DNA of 64,000 nt. Origin: a virus. Location: the IMG/VR virus record IMGVR_UViG_3300046491_000313, positions 3,684-67,683 of that record, one strand, 5' to 3'. Position 1 is the stretch's first letter. Every line of letters starts with the position of its first letter. Of this stretch, positions 19,691-29,636 are shown one piece after another. The notes under the pieces were generated by a model. The model worked only from the letters and a program-made list of their open reading frames with translations, had not been told where the DNA came from and searched no databases. The position numbers were made by a program, and so were the translations under genes.

Positions 19691-20067
19691 TAGATTCTTC
19701 CTCCTGAAAGTGAGATCCCAAAATAACTTTTAGGTTCATGTCCTTCTTTCCACATTTCAAACGCTACTTTTACCCCGCTTTTGAAAACTACTTCAATACA
19801 AGGTGTCGCCCAATAACTAGCGAAGTAAGGATCTCGAGGTAATCCCTCTACAAGTTCTTTCGGATATAAACCCATCTGACAATCCCAAATCGGTGTTGAA
19901 GTGTGCTTGTAATCTTCTGCTAAACCCGCTGATATCGTATGCAGTGCTTCTTCATTTTCCTCGATAAACTTAGTTACCGCTTCCCAATCCATCGTTTTTG
20001 ATACATCGTTCTTTGGTTTAATCATTCCGAAGTAAGGTGTTGAATAATCCGTTTTAATCGTTTTCAT
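19690..20067 (-). CDS. hypothetical protein
   Basis: ORF track; start moved to ATG 20067 after GGGGG RBS. Confidence 0.6.
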   Translation of the reverse strand: MKTIKTDYSTPYFGMIKPKNDVSKTMDWEAVTKFIEENEEALHTISAGLAEDYKHTSTPIWDCQMGLYPKELVEGLPRDPYFASYWATPCIEVVFKSGVKVAFEMWKEGHEPKSYFGISLSGGRI

Positions 20068-20080
20068 AATCGTTTCCCCC

Positions 20081-20476
20081 TTAAAGTAAGTCGAGCATGT
20101 CATCGACAGATAATTTTTCATTTTCACGTTTCTTCGCTTTTTGTTCATTTACACGAGTTTTTAATACACGTGGAAGAAAACGTTGTTCTAAATACACTTT
20201 CATAAACCAAAAGTTTAACCCAGGATAATCAGCGCTTGCTTTATGGTTAGCAAAGCAATAGTCGATAAAATCTTTTGTCGCTTGCTTTCCGTTAGCATCG
20301 ATGAATTTCTTGATCATACCTTTTTCTTGCATGAAACCTCCGCGAGAGTGTACGTATTTAATTCCGTAAACCTCTTCGTGTTTTTCTTTTAAGTAAGCGA
20401 GAAACGTATCGGTGTTCCAATCGTTTAATTCTCGTTCTCTCCATAAATAAGCTTTCGGTAGTTTTTGTTTCGCCAT
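20081..20476 (-). CDS. phage replication-associated protein (possible loader partner)
   Basis: ORF with strong RBS, upstream of loader/helicase. Confidence 0.55.
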   Translation of the reverse strand: MAKQKLPKAYLWRERELNDWNTDTFLAYLKEKHEEVYGIKYVHSRGGFMQEKGMIKKFIDANGKQATKDFIDYCFANHKASADYPGLNFWFMKVYLEQRFLPRVLKTRVNEQKAKKRENEKLSVDDMLDLL

Positions 20477-20506
20477 GCTTACTCCTCCTCGTAAAATTAG
20501 CGCCTC

Positions 20507-20764
20507 ACCGTATTCAGGTTTTCGGACGGGGCTGTTCGTAATTACTCTCTCTCTTTTTCTTCAGCAAAGAATATCATTACCTTTTGCTTGAATAAATGAA
20601 CGAAGTGTCTTTCTATCGCGAATTGTATTACTTGTAATACGGTTCGCAATATATTATTACTACATTCAGTTATTACTACATTCAGTCGTTACTACGTTTA
20701 GTTATTACTAATATCGCAGTTTTGCGTATTCGTGAAAACCGTATCCGTGAAAACCGTATCCGTG
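20507..20764. repeat. iteron/hairpin element, copy A (origin-like)
   Basis: 15-bp CGTAT(C/T)CGTGAAAAC repeats, 16-bp GTTATTACTACATTCA-type repeats, hairpin GCGAA-TTGTATTAC-TT-GTAATACGG-TTCGC; second copy at 45668-45931. Confidence 0.85.
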
Positions 20765-21093
20765 TTTCCTGAATGCGGTGACTTTAAATTGTTTAAATTT
20801 GGATTTTCAAAGATATAATAGTTGTATCCGCTGAAGTTTCCGTCAATTCGAATCTCTTCTCTAAAGATGTATCCCGCTTCCATTAATTCCTTTATTCCGC
20901 TATAAATAGAAGAACGCCCCTCGGTACAATGTTTAACAATATCATTTACTTGTAGTTTCCAATAATCAGGTTTTGTTAGAAGATAACCTAGGATCCCTTT
21001 TGCTTTCATTGATATGCGACTGTCTTCAAAAAAACTGTTTTCCATTCGTGTATAAGTTGTATCTTGCTTTGAAACGCGTGTAATTAACTCCAC
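20698..21093 (-). CDS. replication initiator-like winged-helix protein
   Basis: YT.MEN..FED.RIS.KAKGIL.YLL.KPD.W...EL..AGY pattern; ends in iteron-encoded TDTVF repeats. Confidence 0.75.
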   Translation of the reverse strand: MELITRVSKQDTTYTRMENSFFEDSRISMKAKGILGYLLTKPDYWKLQVNDIVKHCTEGRSSIYSGIKELMEAGYIFREEIRIDGNFSGYNYYIFENPNLNNLKSPHSGNTDTVFTDTVFTNTQNCDISNN

Positions 21094-21156
21094 TTTCTCT
21101 TCCTCCTTGTTCGATTTCCCGTATGCGGTTTTTCAAACGGGTCAACCTTTATACTC

Positions 21157-21187
21157 TACTAAACACCAACATTTAAAAAATTATTCA
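21157..21187 (-). promoter_or_regulatory. putative phage-sigma promoter, copy 3 (replication operon)
   Basis: TGAATAA-N13-GGTGTTTAGTA. Confidence 0.75.
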
Positions 21188-21227
21188 CTTTTATTGAAAA
21201 AATTTAAAATAAAAAAAGTACCCGCGA

Positions 21228-22079
21228 TTAAAACCACGAATACTTATTGAAACTTGTCTCTTTCCATGCAATCATCTTTAATTCTTCAACTGTCAAATAA
21301 TGTAAGCTTTTAAATTTACGACCTGTCTCCTTTTCAAATTTTATAATAATCGAAATATAATGCTCCTGTACTTGTTCGTTTTGGAAGATAAAAAACACTT
21401 TGCGATCTAAATAATGTAACTTCCATAATTTCATCATAATTACTTTCTCATTCCGTTTTTTCCTTTCTACTTCGATAAACGATTGTTTTTTACATCTTTT
21501 TAATTCATATAGTACAAAATCTGGTATGATGTATTTAGGCAACTGATCGTTACCGAACAAACGTTCCCATTCCTCTTGTACTTTTTTAGATCCGAGTGCA
21601 ATGCGTCGTTTATCATCAGGATTCGGTTGAACTTCGATTTCATACTTTCGCGGTTTGAATATTCGTTGAATGTCTTTTATGATATCCAAGAATAAATCCT
21701 TTTCGCGGTTAATCTTTTCGATTCCAATCGCTTCTCGCCAAACGTTCACTACTTTCATTGTAGGACGATAATTGAAAAGCTGATCCGATACAATAACGCC
21801 TAACGGCTTTCCAGGTTCCGCTCCTTCAACGGTAATAAAAATAAATGGCTTTGTATTCTCCGTTCCTACTAAACGGAATTCTGCGTATGTACACATCGCA
21901 TAATCTAATTCTTTAAATCGGTTATCTTTTACGTTAATTGACTTGACGAATTCATATACGTGTCTATTCTTCTTACTAATAATCGTCATTCCTCGCCAAC
22001 TATACGTAGGGAGCATTTCATCTTCGCCAAACTCATAAAACTCGTTGTTTGTAAATGTCGTAACGTGTGTCATAATCAT
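21228..22079 (-). CDS. hypothetical protein with C-terminal PD-(D/E)xK-like motif (replication-relaxation-like)
   Basis: IIPDFVL...FIEVERK. Confidence 0.5.
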   Translation of the reverse strand: MIMTHVTTFTNNEFYEFGEDEMLPTYSWRGMTIISKKNRHVYEFVKSINVKDNRFKELDYAMCTYAEFRLVGTENTKPFIFITVEGAEPGKPLGVIVSDQLFNYRPTMKVVNVWREAIGIEKINREKDLFLDIIKDIQRIFKPRKYEIEVQPNPDDKRRIALGSKKVQEEWERLFGNDQLPKYIIPDFVLYELKRCKKQSFIEVERKKRNEKVIMMKLWKLHYLDRKVFFIFQNEQVQEHYISIIIKFEKETGRKFKSLHYLTVEELKMIAWKETSFNKYSWF

Positions 22080-22384
22080 ATCGATACACCTCCCTCTTTT
22101 AACAAATTATAACAGATGTCCGCTATATGTGTAGAAAATTCTGGCGAATTTTTTCGGTATATAGTCTCCGCTACCGCTACGTTCTAATACCGATAGTTTT
22201 TGAATATCGCGCATAGCGTAAAGCAGCAGTATGTCAACAAAAGAATGAGTTTTACACAAAAAGAGGTATCTGATTTTATAATATGTTTAATTTTAAGCGA
22301 CGAACTCTATGTCGGGAGCGAATCTAAAAGTTTAAAAATGAGGGCATTTTGCTAATATTCCATATTCCTTATTTTAATTTATAC

Positions 22385-22524
22385 CTAATCAGATATTTGA
22401 TTTTTATAAAAAGTGCTAAATAGATATCTAAATTAGAAAATCCTTGAAATAGATATCTTATTTACTAAATGGCATAAATCAGATATTTAGTTTACGAAAA
22501 ATCAAAAAATCAGATATTTATTTT
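22385..22524. repeat. five imperfect palindromes (AAT(C)AGATAT(C/T)T) at ~30-bp spacing
   Basis: AGATAT cores at 22391, 22422, 22451, 22481, 22512. Confidence 0.8.
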
Positions 22525-22563
22525 TACACAAATGGAATTTTTCTGGTATCATTTAGAAAAGGG

Positions 22564-22986
22564 GTGATGGAAATGGCAAAAAATAATAATAACAAAATTG
22601 ACTCAAATAGTGTAGCTTGGAAACAAAACTTTTTAAATGTTTTCAAAGGAATTAAGCAATGGAATTTTTGGGGAGGTTCTAAACAATCGTATCTTTTACA
22701 TCTTCCTGAAGAAGTACATACATTAGCGAAAAAGGATTTAGAAAAAATCTTCGCAAACTTTTCCGATATGGATCCGAAAAAACGAGAACTAACACTTCGT
22801 AAGTATTTTACGATTCACATTATGGTTTCGATGGGTATGACGCACTATAACGATAAGGAAAAGAAATTTGAACGATTAAATAAAACGGACTTGATGGAAT
22901 CGTTTCTAAAAGTACATTCGAGTCAGCTTGAAGATGATTTTGGTTATGTCCGCGATCGTTCTCGTAAAAAAGATAAAAGCGAATAA
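22564..22986 (+). CDS. hypothetical protein, candidate DNA-binding regulator
   Basis: Lone plus-strand ORF with AAGGGGTGA RBS downstream of the palindrome array. Confidence 0.65.
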   Translation: MMEMAKNNNNKIDSNSVAWKQNFLNVFKGIKQWNFWGGSKQSYLLHLPEEVHTLAKKDLEKIFANFSDMDPKKRELTLRKYFTIHIMVSMGMTHYNDKEKKFERLNKTDLMESFLKVHSSQLEDDFGYVRDRSRKKDKSE

Positions 22987-23078
22987 CACTCGCTTTTTTT
23001 TTCTGTACTATAACACAAAAAAAAGACACCGACTATTTTCTCTCGGTATCTTCTACTTACGTATCCAACTTATCCATT

Positions 23079-23291
23079 TTACACCTTTTCCGTTTCGTAT
23101 TTAAATTCTTGTTGAAGTCGTAGCAATGCTGCTTCATATGCAATCGCTTGGGCTTCGTAAAACACTCTCATTCCGTTTTCTGCTTCTCTCGAATTTTTTC
23201 GCATATCTTGCGCCATCTTTTCGAAGTGTTTAATCGTATCCTCTATTTTCGCTCCTCTGAACGCTCTTTCTCTAAATGGTCTTGAACTCAT
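23079..23291 (-). CDS. hypothetical protein
   Basis: ORF track; start after GGGAGG. Confidence 0.55.
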   Translation of the reverse strand: MSSRPFRERAFRGAKIEDTIKHFEKMAQDMRKNSREAENGMRVFYEAQAIAYEAALLRLQQEFKYETEKV

Positions 23292-23323
23292 GGTTATCAA
23301 CCTCCCTATTTTGTATAAACTTA

Positions 23324-23581
23324 TTATACCATACAATTAACATTTGTCAACAATTCCCTTAATATTTCCTTTTTATGTTTTTCTAACGACTTCTCACGCC
23401 TCATGATGTACTCTGTATCGCTAATATCAATTTGTCTATAAATATGATATGGTTCGGTATAGTTTTTAAACGTTAATATAAAAGTATCCTTATAGTTATC
23501 GCCAATCTCGAACAGAATTTCTACCTCTCCGTCAATCGGGTCAACTTCGCATATTTCAACGTTTCGTAATCGGAATTGCAT
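23324..23581 (-). CDS. hypothetical protein
   Basis: ORF track; start after AAGGAGG. Confidence 0.55.
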   Translation of the reverse strand: MQFRLRNVEICEVDPIDGEVEILFEIGDNYKDTFILTFKNYTEPYHIYRQIDISDTEYIMRREKSLEKHKKEILRELLTNVNCMV

Positions 23582-23751
23582 GTGATCTGCCTCCTTAATT
23601 TTTATTATAATCATCATTTTATATTTGTAAACAAAAAGATAACTTTTTTAGCATATCCTTGTCAACAACTGCATATACTATTAATAACTCCGAGGATAGG
23701 GGCGGTTCATTCCGCCTTCTTTTTATATAAAAAAGTCCTCACAACGAGAAC

Positions 23752-24108
23752 TCATTGGAGGATAGTTATTACATCGTTTAATTCTTCAATTCCAGCACTG
23801 TATAAAAAACGAGCGAAAACAAGCTTTTGTTCAAATGATAGTTCGGGCGTTTCAATTTGATAAACAAAATAATCGAAAAGTAAATAGGTCTTTTCTAATG
23901 GGATAAAAGGCTTAACCTTATCCAACGCTACTTCTACATAGGACTTTCGAAACAGTTCGTAATCATACGTATGTAAAAATGAATGTTCTTGTAATTTCGT
24001 TTTTGCTCGCTCAATTGTTCCCGAAAACCTTTCTTCCATTCGTAAAATTTCTTCCGCTTGTTCTTTCGTTAAATTCGTAAGATCTAATAAAAAGTCTTCT
24101 ACTGTCAT
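23752..24108 (-). CDS. hypothetical protein
   Basis: ORF with AGGAG RBS and TTGACA/TATAAT promoter upstream. Confidence 0.65.
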   Translation of the reverse strand: MTVEDFLLDLTNLTKEQAEEILRMEERFSGTIERAKTKLQEHSFLHTYDYELFRKSYVEVALDKVKPFIPLEKTYLLFDYFVYQIETPELSFEQKLVFARFLYSAGIEELNDVITILQ

Positions 24109-24167
24109 TTGTATTCTCCTAATCTCTTTTTTCTTTATTATAGCATAATCTTAACAAATGTCAACAC

Positions 24168-24198
24168 AAAAAAAATACCTACCTCAAAAAGAGGTAGG
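24168..24198 (-). terminator. intrinsic terminator ending the late operon
   Basis: CCTACCTC-TTTTT-GAGGTAGG followed by T-run on minus. Confidence 0.7.
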
Positions 24199-24379
24199 CT
24201 TCAACTTGGAGTGTGTGTCGAGGGCTAATGCCTCTCGCTTCCGATTTATATTAAATGTTTAGTAAATTACTTAATCCGTCTAGTACTCCTCCGATTGCGT
24301 TACTTGTTTCGCTTTTACTTGTTTCAGAAGGGGCAACCGAGGTTTGTTCGTCATTGCTTAGCGGTACTCCGTCGTCACT

Positions 24380-26593
24380 TCAGGAAATAATCACACGAAG
24401 AGTTGCGCTAGCACTACCGTTATTCGTAATCTTAACGCTTCCAGAAGTCATCGTTACGTCAATTAAATCGCTATCTTTTACATTGCGATATTCTCCTGCC
24501 GTTGCCGTTGCGACTTGAATCGAAACTACAGGGTTGGATTTCGTTGTCGAAATCGATACATTTCCTGCTGCTGCAATCGTTTGTGTACTAACTTCTTTCG
24601 CGCCGATTTTAATCCATTTACCAGCTGTTGTACCATAAACGTTAATATCTTTAAAGTACGGTTTATATGATGATAAATGCGTAGCCGTTACGTTAAAACG
24701 AATATCTTTTGCTTTAACAGGAGTCCATGAGAACGTTTTATACGCACCAGAAGTCCACGTTTCAGCCGTATTGCTATAAACAGTTACCCAAACATCAGAC
24801 TCGTTTAAAATAGAAATACTCCAGTTCTTCGCGTTATATCCCGCTGAGTCAGCTCCGTACGCCAAAACGTCACATGAGTCGATTGTCAACACGTTTCCGC
24901 CAAAAGTCAACCCTACGTACTTCATTCCCGAACCTGTGTTCGCCGCAGGAGCGAAGAAAGTTGTTGTCGAGTTATCGAATGCTTTATAACTTTCCGTCCC
25001 CGTATTCTCTGAGTTCGAATACGCTGTGAATCCGCTAGCAGGATCAGCATTAGCCGTCATTGTCGGAGACTTTTCTACTTTAACAGGATCCGCCGTGCTA
25101 TCATATACATAAATATCACTAGCGTTTGCTGTAACGAGTGTTCCGTGTGGAGCCGTTTCAGGAAGTAAGCTTGAGTTTGCGTAGTTTTTAACGCCTTGTG
25201 TATCGACTGCTGTTCCGTTTAATAACAGTTTTCCATTTCCGTCTGTCGATAAGCCGTCTAACACTGTTTTATTGCTGTGCGTGTGAAGTTCAGCATGCGT
25301 ATGATTCCCTTCTGAAACCGTTCCAGCAGCCGTACCGAAATTTTTATTAAATGCCGTACCTTTTGTCGCAATTTTTGGTTCGTATAAAGCGTCTGCTTCC
25401 GTTTGTGTTAAACCATCAGAAGTACCAACGCTACCGCCACTACCAGATACTTCGATAAAATTATACACAGCGCCAGGTAATAGTTGAATTTCATCAACGA
25501 TAACACGACCTTTCGATACACTTTCTACACTCGTAACGACTAATCGAAATTCTGTCGCATTCACTTGCGTAGGTAAATCGAATGTTTTTTGTTCCATATC
25601 TCCCCAAACTGCGTGACCTAAGTCGTAGTTACCTGCTACTTGCCAAATTCCATCAGCGTCTTTATACTCAAAGCGGAATGTGTTCGGGCTACAACTATCG
25701 TCTGTACCTGAAGCACGAAGAGACAATTGTCCTACAGTTTTAGCGGTAGGCACTTTAATATAGAAGTAAAGCGGTAATGTTTGAGATAAAAATGCATCAG
25801 CGTGAGCAGACGAAGGAGCGTTATCAGCAAATGCTTTATAAACCGCACCAGGAGCGCCTGTATCTACGTTTGCTACCGTCATCGCTTCATCTGAATAAGC
25901 GCCTACTACATAACCATCTTGACTGTTTGACGTTAACGCAGGCATAATATCAGTCGTACTTTGACCTTGTAGTTCGCTTACGTACAATTTATGCGTATCT
26001 TCTGTATGAACGAATTGGTTTTCACCTGTCGCTTGAACATCAGCTAATGTTGCATACGTTGTGATTCCTCTGTCGCCTAAATCTTCTAAATCAGTAAGAC
26101 GAGAATTGTGTTCGGATAATTCCGTTTGAATAGCCGAATCATCGAAAGGTGTTGCTGCAGGCGCTCCTTCTAATGTCGTAATACGTTCGTCTAAATCTGC
26201 GTGCGTATGATCAACTGCTGCTTTTCCGTTTAATGCTTCCGTTAAACCAGTCACGTCTCCTAATGTATGTGTATGAGTCGTATTAGCTTTTTCGCTAATT
26301 AAACTTTTTACCGAAGTATCATCATATACTTTCGTTTCCACACCGTCAATAAGTACGTTTCCGTTTGTACCTGAAGCTTGGACGGTTGAACCGCCTTCTC
26401 CTGTTGGACGAGCCTCTAAATCCTCAATACGATCTTTTAATCCCGTTTCATCATAAACTTTCGTCTCTTCTCCGTTTACTTTGATATTACCGTTAATATC
26501 TGAAGGAGTAACGGAAGAGCCTCCCCCTACGGAAGCTCCTTCGCTTTCTAGAATGTTTTGAACAATACTTTTAATACTCGGTCTGTACCCCAT
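24380..26593 (-). CDS. fibre/appendage protein with two discoidin (F5/8)-like domains
   Basis: Repeated NGN..V.G.ETKVYD units, HxH motifs, coiled coils, two P.(L/M)T.N...YKAF domains. Confidence 0.65.
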   Translation of the reverse strand: MGYRPSIKSIVQNILESEGASVGGGSSVTPSDINGNIKVNGEETKVYDETGLKDRIEDLEARPTGEGGSTVQASGTNGNVLIDGVETKVYDDTSVKSLISEKANTTHTHTLGDVTGLTEALNGKAAVDHTHADLDERITTLEGAPAATPFDDSAIQTELSEHNSRLTDLEDLGDRGITTYATLADVQATGENQFVHTEDTHKLYVSELQGQSTTDIMPALTSNSQDGYVVGAYSDEAMTVANVDTGAPGAVYKAFADNAPSSAHADAFLSQTLPLYFYIKVPTAKTVGQLSLRASGTDDSCSPNTFRFEYKDADGIWQVAGNYDLGHAVWGDMEQKTFDLPTQVNATEFRLVVTSVESVSKGRVIVDEIQLLPGAVYNFIEVSGSGGSVGTSDGLTQTEADALYEPKIATKGTAFNKNFGTAAGTVSEGNHTHAELHTHSNKTVLDGLSTDGNGKLLLNGTAVDTQGVKNYANSSLLPETAPHGTLVTANASDIYVYDSTADPVKVEKSPTMTANADPASGFTAYSNSENTGTESYKAFDNSTTTFFAPAANTGSGMKYVGLTFGGNVLTIDSCDVLAYGADSAGYNAKNWSISILNESDVWVTVYSNTAETWTSGAYKTFSWTPVKAKDIRFNVTATHLSSYKPYFKDINVYGTTAGKWIKIGAKEVSTQTIAAAGNVSISTTKSNPVVSIQVATATAGEYRNVKDSDLIDVTMTSGSVKITNNGSASATLRVIIS

Positions 26594-26608
26594 TTTTTAT
26601 CCCCCTAA

Positions 26609-26911
26609 TTATGCGAATAATAGAACAACGATAGGCGAAGTTCCTACTGCTTCTACGTTGATTACTAATTCTCGTAAATTATTAAATGAACCGAAACCTT
26701 CTCCTTGTTCAATCGGAATAACATCAGGGTATCCGTTAACGCGCATACTAGCTTTTACAGGGACTGTTTTTAAAATGACTTGATAAGCGCCGCGAGGAAT
26801 AGCGATTGTTTTTTCTCCTGTTGTCGCTGTACTTACGTTTACTACATGAATGCGTTCTAACCCCTCCTGAATGGGAGTTCCGTTGTCATCAATCTTTACT
26901 TGGTAGCTCAT
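26609..26911 (-). CDS. hypothetical beta-rich virion protein
   Basis: ORF track. Confidence 0.6.
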   Translation of the reverse strand: MSYQVKIDDNGTPIQEGLERIHVVNVSTATTGEKTIAIPRGAYQVILKTVPVKASMRVNGYPDVIPIEQGEGFGSFNNLRELVINVEAVGTSPIVVLLFA

Positions 26912-26931
26912 CTATATTCCCCTCACTCTAC

Positions 26932-27849
26932 TTATTTATTTAACTCTTTCTCTAAAGCAGTTTTAGATTTTGGACCATATACACCATCAACGCTTAACCC
27001 TGCTTGTTTTTGGTAAGCTTTTAACGCTTCTTCCGTTTTGTTGCCGAAAATACCGTCTGCTGTTCCGCAGTTATATTTCAACGTATTTAACGCATTTTGA
27101 ACGGCTTTCACATCATTACCTTTGTCGCCTTCTTTTAAAACGCCAGAAGGAAGAGTTACCGTTTCTTTCGCTTTAAGTTTGATTACTTGTCCTACTTTTA
27201 GTTTCTTTGGATCCACTTTCGGATTTAATTTCATGATTTCTTCGTACGTCACACCAGCAGTTTTACGAGCGATACTATAAAACGTATCTCCTTCTTGGAT
27301 AGTGTATTCGTTAGGAAGCGGAGAAACAGTAGTTGCCGTTTTAGAAGTCGAAGTCGGAACGTCTGTTCCCGCCACAACTGTACGATAATCCCAGTTATCT
27401 CCAGGACAGTTTTTCCATGAGTAACCAGGACATTCTTGGTGACCTAGTACTTTTGACACAGAAGGAACTTCTTTTTTCAATTCTTTTACTAAAAGATATA
27501 AACTTTCTTTTTGAGCGTCAGTTGGTTTTTGATTACCTTTTCGGAAGTCTCCTGTTAAACAAATTCCGATTGAACGAGCATTCGAATTACCAACGTGGTA
27601 ACTTTTGATGTTGTTATCGTGACATTGTTTAATTGTACCGTCTTTTTCGATAACATAGTGATAACCAATCCCAGCCCAACCTAAAGATGTAACGTGGTAT
27701 CTTGCGTATGCTTCCGCAGAACCTTCAAGTGTTAATGAATGGTGAATAACGATCCAATCTTTTTTCGAAATAGCTACCGTTGAATAACTACCTTTAGATG
27801 TTAATTTTCCACGCATATCCTTATATTTCGGTAAATTTTTGACTGCCAT
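26932..27849 (-). CDS. endolysin: N-acetylmuramoyl-L-alanine amidase + LysM + PG-binding domain (XlyA-like)
   Basis: IVIHHS, GWAGIGYHY, SIGICL.G, GHQE..CPG; YTIQEGDTF; DGIFG. Confidence 0.92.
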   Translation of the reverse strand: MAVKNLPKYKDMRGKLTSKGSYSTVAISKKDWIVIHHSLTLEGSAEAYARYHVTSLGWAGIGYHYVIEKDGTIKQCHDNNIKSYHVGNSNARSIGICLTGDFRKGNQKPTDAQKESLYLLVKELKKEVPSVSKVLGHQECPGYSWKNCPGDNWDYRTVVAGTDVPTSTSKTATTVSPLPNEYTIQEGDTFYSIARKTAGVTYEEIMKLNPKVDPKKLKVGQVIKLKAKETVTLPSGVLKEGDKGNDVKAVQNALNTLKYNCGTADGIFGNKTEEALKAYQKQAGLSVDGVYGPKSKTALEKELNK

Positions 27850-28316
27850 TATTTTTCCTCCTCGTTTTTATCTTGATCTTTTTTACCTGTTAAAGGGTTA
27901 TCGTTTTCGTCAACGAATCCCTCTAAACGCTTTTTGATGAATGATGGTATAGGAATGCCTAGGCGTGTGAGGTTTTCTAAAATAGAAATCCCTTCCGTAC
28001 CCACGATGAAAAGCAAACATGCATTTCTCGCAATATCGCCTTGTCCCGTTATCATATCGATTTGTGTCGCTACAATAATAAACGACATCATTCCTGCTTT
28101 TTTCGCTACTCCTTTAAATCCTGTTTTCGATGACCACTTCTTCTCAGAGAATGACGCCAACATTCCTGTAGCGTAGTCGATAATCATGAAAATAAATACG
28201 GCTGTTAACATTTGGTCGATTCCCCCGAACAAATACGCAGCAGCAGCGAACGACCCACCAGTAAGCCACGTGATAATATCATTTACTCTCAAACACTCAC
28301 CCTCTTTCGCTCCCAA
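27849..28316 (-). CDS. phage holin (probable start TTG 28292)
   Basis: IIDYATG, SS..GFKG..KK, EGISILEN..LG.PIP. Confidence 0.88.
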   Translation of the reverse strand: MGAKEGECLRVNDIITWLTGGSFAAAAYLFGGIDQMLTAVFIFMIIDYATGMLASFSEKKWSSKTGFKGVAKKAGMMSFIIVATQIDMITGQGDIARNACLLFIVGTEGISILENLTRLGIPIPSFIKKRLEGFVDENDNPLTGKKDQDKNEEEK

Positions 28317-28353
28317 AAGAAAAGACGAGGTTTGCTTCCTCGCCTCTATTTTG

Positions 28354-29022
28354 TTAGTTGCTGATTTTTCCCCACGTAATAAACGTTCCGTTATGTTCAG
28401 TTACGATTGCATTAATTGTAGAGTAAATTCGGAATTGGACTTTATCTCCCGTTTTTAATCGGAGTTGAGTTGTTCCCGCTACTTGAGGACCAGCAGGAGA
28501 CGTATAATAGTTTTGTTGACCTAGTACACGTTCAGAAACGTAACCGCTACCTCTATCAACGAATACCGCAATATAGCAATATACGTTTGTACTAGCTGTT
28601 AATCCCGTTAAGATAACGTTTGGAGAGAACGTCCATACACCGTCAGACTTTGCGATAAAGTTCCAGCTATTCGCTGCGGTATTCCATTCTTGCGCTTGAT
28701 CTGTTTGAAGCGAGTTGAACGGAATAGGTGTAGCCGTTCCTCCAGCAAAAGAGTAATCTCCGCCTGTTTTCTTCACATATCCGTGAGACCAAGCCGTGTA
28801 ATCGACTTTATCAACTTTTGTCGCAAGCTTTGTATCCATCGATGTTTTGTTATAAACATCGTCTGCGTTTGCTTTTGTCGTTTGAAGAGAAGTGATATTA
28901 TCCGCACTCGCTTTCATTTGTGTATCGATAATATCCGAGTTTTGGTTAAACTCTTCACGAATAACCTCGTCGTCTCCCGTCCATTTATTCAATTGATAGT
29001 TCGTTGTTTTTTGCGAACTCAT
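28354..29022 (-). CDS. short tail fibre / receptor-binding protein
   Basis: KTTNYQLNKW...REEFNQN..IID N-terminus; C1q-like beta C-terminus. Confidence 0.7.
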   Translation of the reverse strand: MSSQKTTNYQLNKWTGDDEVIREEFNQNSDIIDTQMKASADNITSLQTTKANADDVYNKTSMDTKLATKVDKVDYTAWSHGYVKKTGGDYSFAGGTATPIPFNSLQTDQAQEWNTAANSWNFIAKSDGVWTFSPNVILTGLTASTNVYCYIAVFVDRGSGYVSERVLGQQNYYTSPAGPQVAGTTQLRLKTGDKVQFRIYSTINAIVTEHNGTFITWGKISN

Positions 29023-29024
29023 GA

Positions 29025-29636
29025 TTATGCCTCCCCGTTAAAGAATGTCGTTTCTAATTCGTTCCAAGTGCGTCTTGAACCGTCATCTTTATACGCAATG
29101 TCACGCCACGTTCTACGAACACCATTTGTTTTATCTGCGTATTCTAATTCGTCCCAAGTCACATACGTAAACACGAAATCAACTGCAAGATGAGCAGGAA
29201 CCATTTCTCGAAGTGCTTTTTGCATAACTGTAATATCTGTCGGCACTCCTCGAATACCTAGAATCATAATTGTGATTCGGTAGTTCGCTGTATCTTCTTT
29301 TATTTCCGTGTTATAAAAGCTATCCGCTAAGTTTTTCAGTCGTTCAACCGTTACCGTACCAATCCCTTTTATCTTCGTTTTAATCGCGCCTCTTCTATCT
29401 AAAAGAGTTTTCGTTTCATCAGTGGTTATTCCACACGCTTCTTCCCACTTCTCCAAACCCCAAGTCGCTCTATCAACGTAAAATTGGTTTAGTACCTCTT
29501 CGATTTCCATTTGATAATCTTGAAATTCCGTAGCTTCATCTTTTATTACTTCCATTACTTCTTTAATATCGTAGTAGTACGAAGGAAGGTAATCTTTCAA
29601 TACCTTCTCGTAATCTCTACTTTCTGACCCTATCAT
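29025..29636 (-). CDS. baseplate wedge protein (XkdU/YmfQ-like)
   Basis: YLPSYY, ATWGLEKWE, PAHL motifs. Confidence 0.85.
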   Translation of the reverse strand: MIGSESRDYEKVLKDYLPSYYYDIKEVMEVIKDEATEFQDYQMEIEEVLNQFYVDRATWGLEKWEEACGITTDETKTLLDRRGAIKTKIKGIGTVTVERLKNLADSFYNTEIKEDTANYRITIMILGIRGVPTDITVMQKALREMVPAHLAVDFVFTYVTWDELEYADKTNGVRRTWRDIAYKDDGSRRTWNELETTFFNGEA

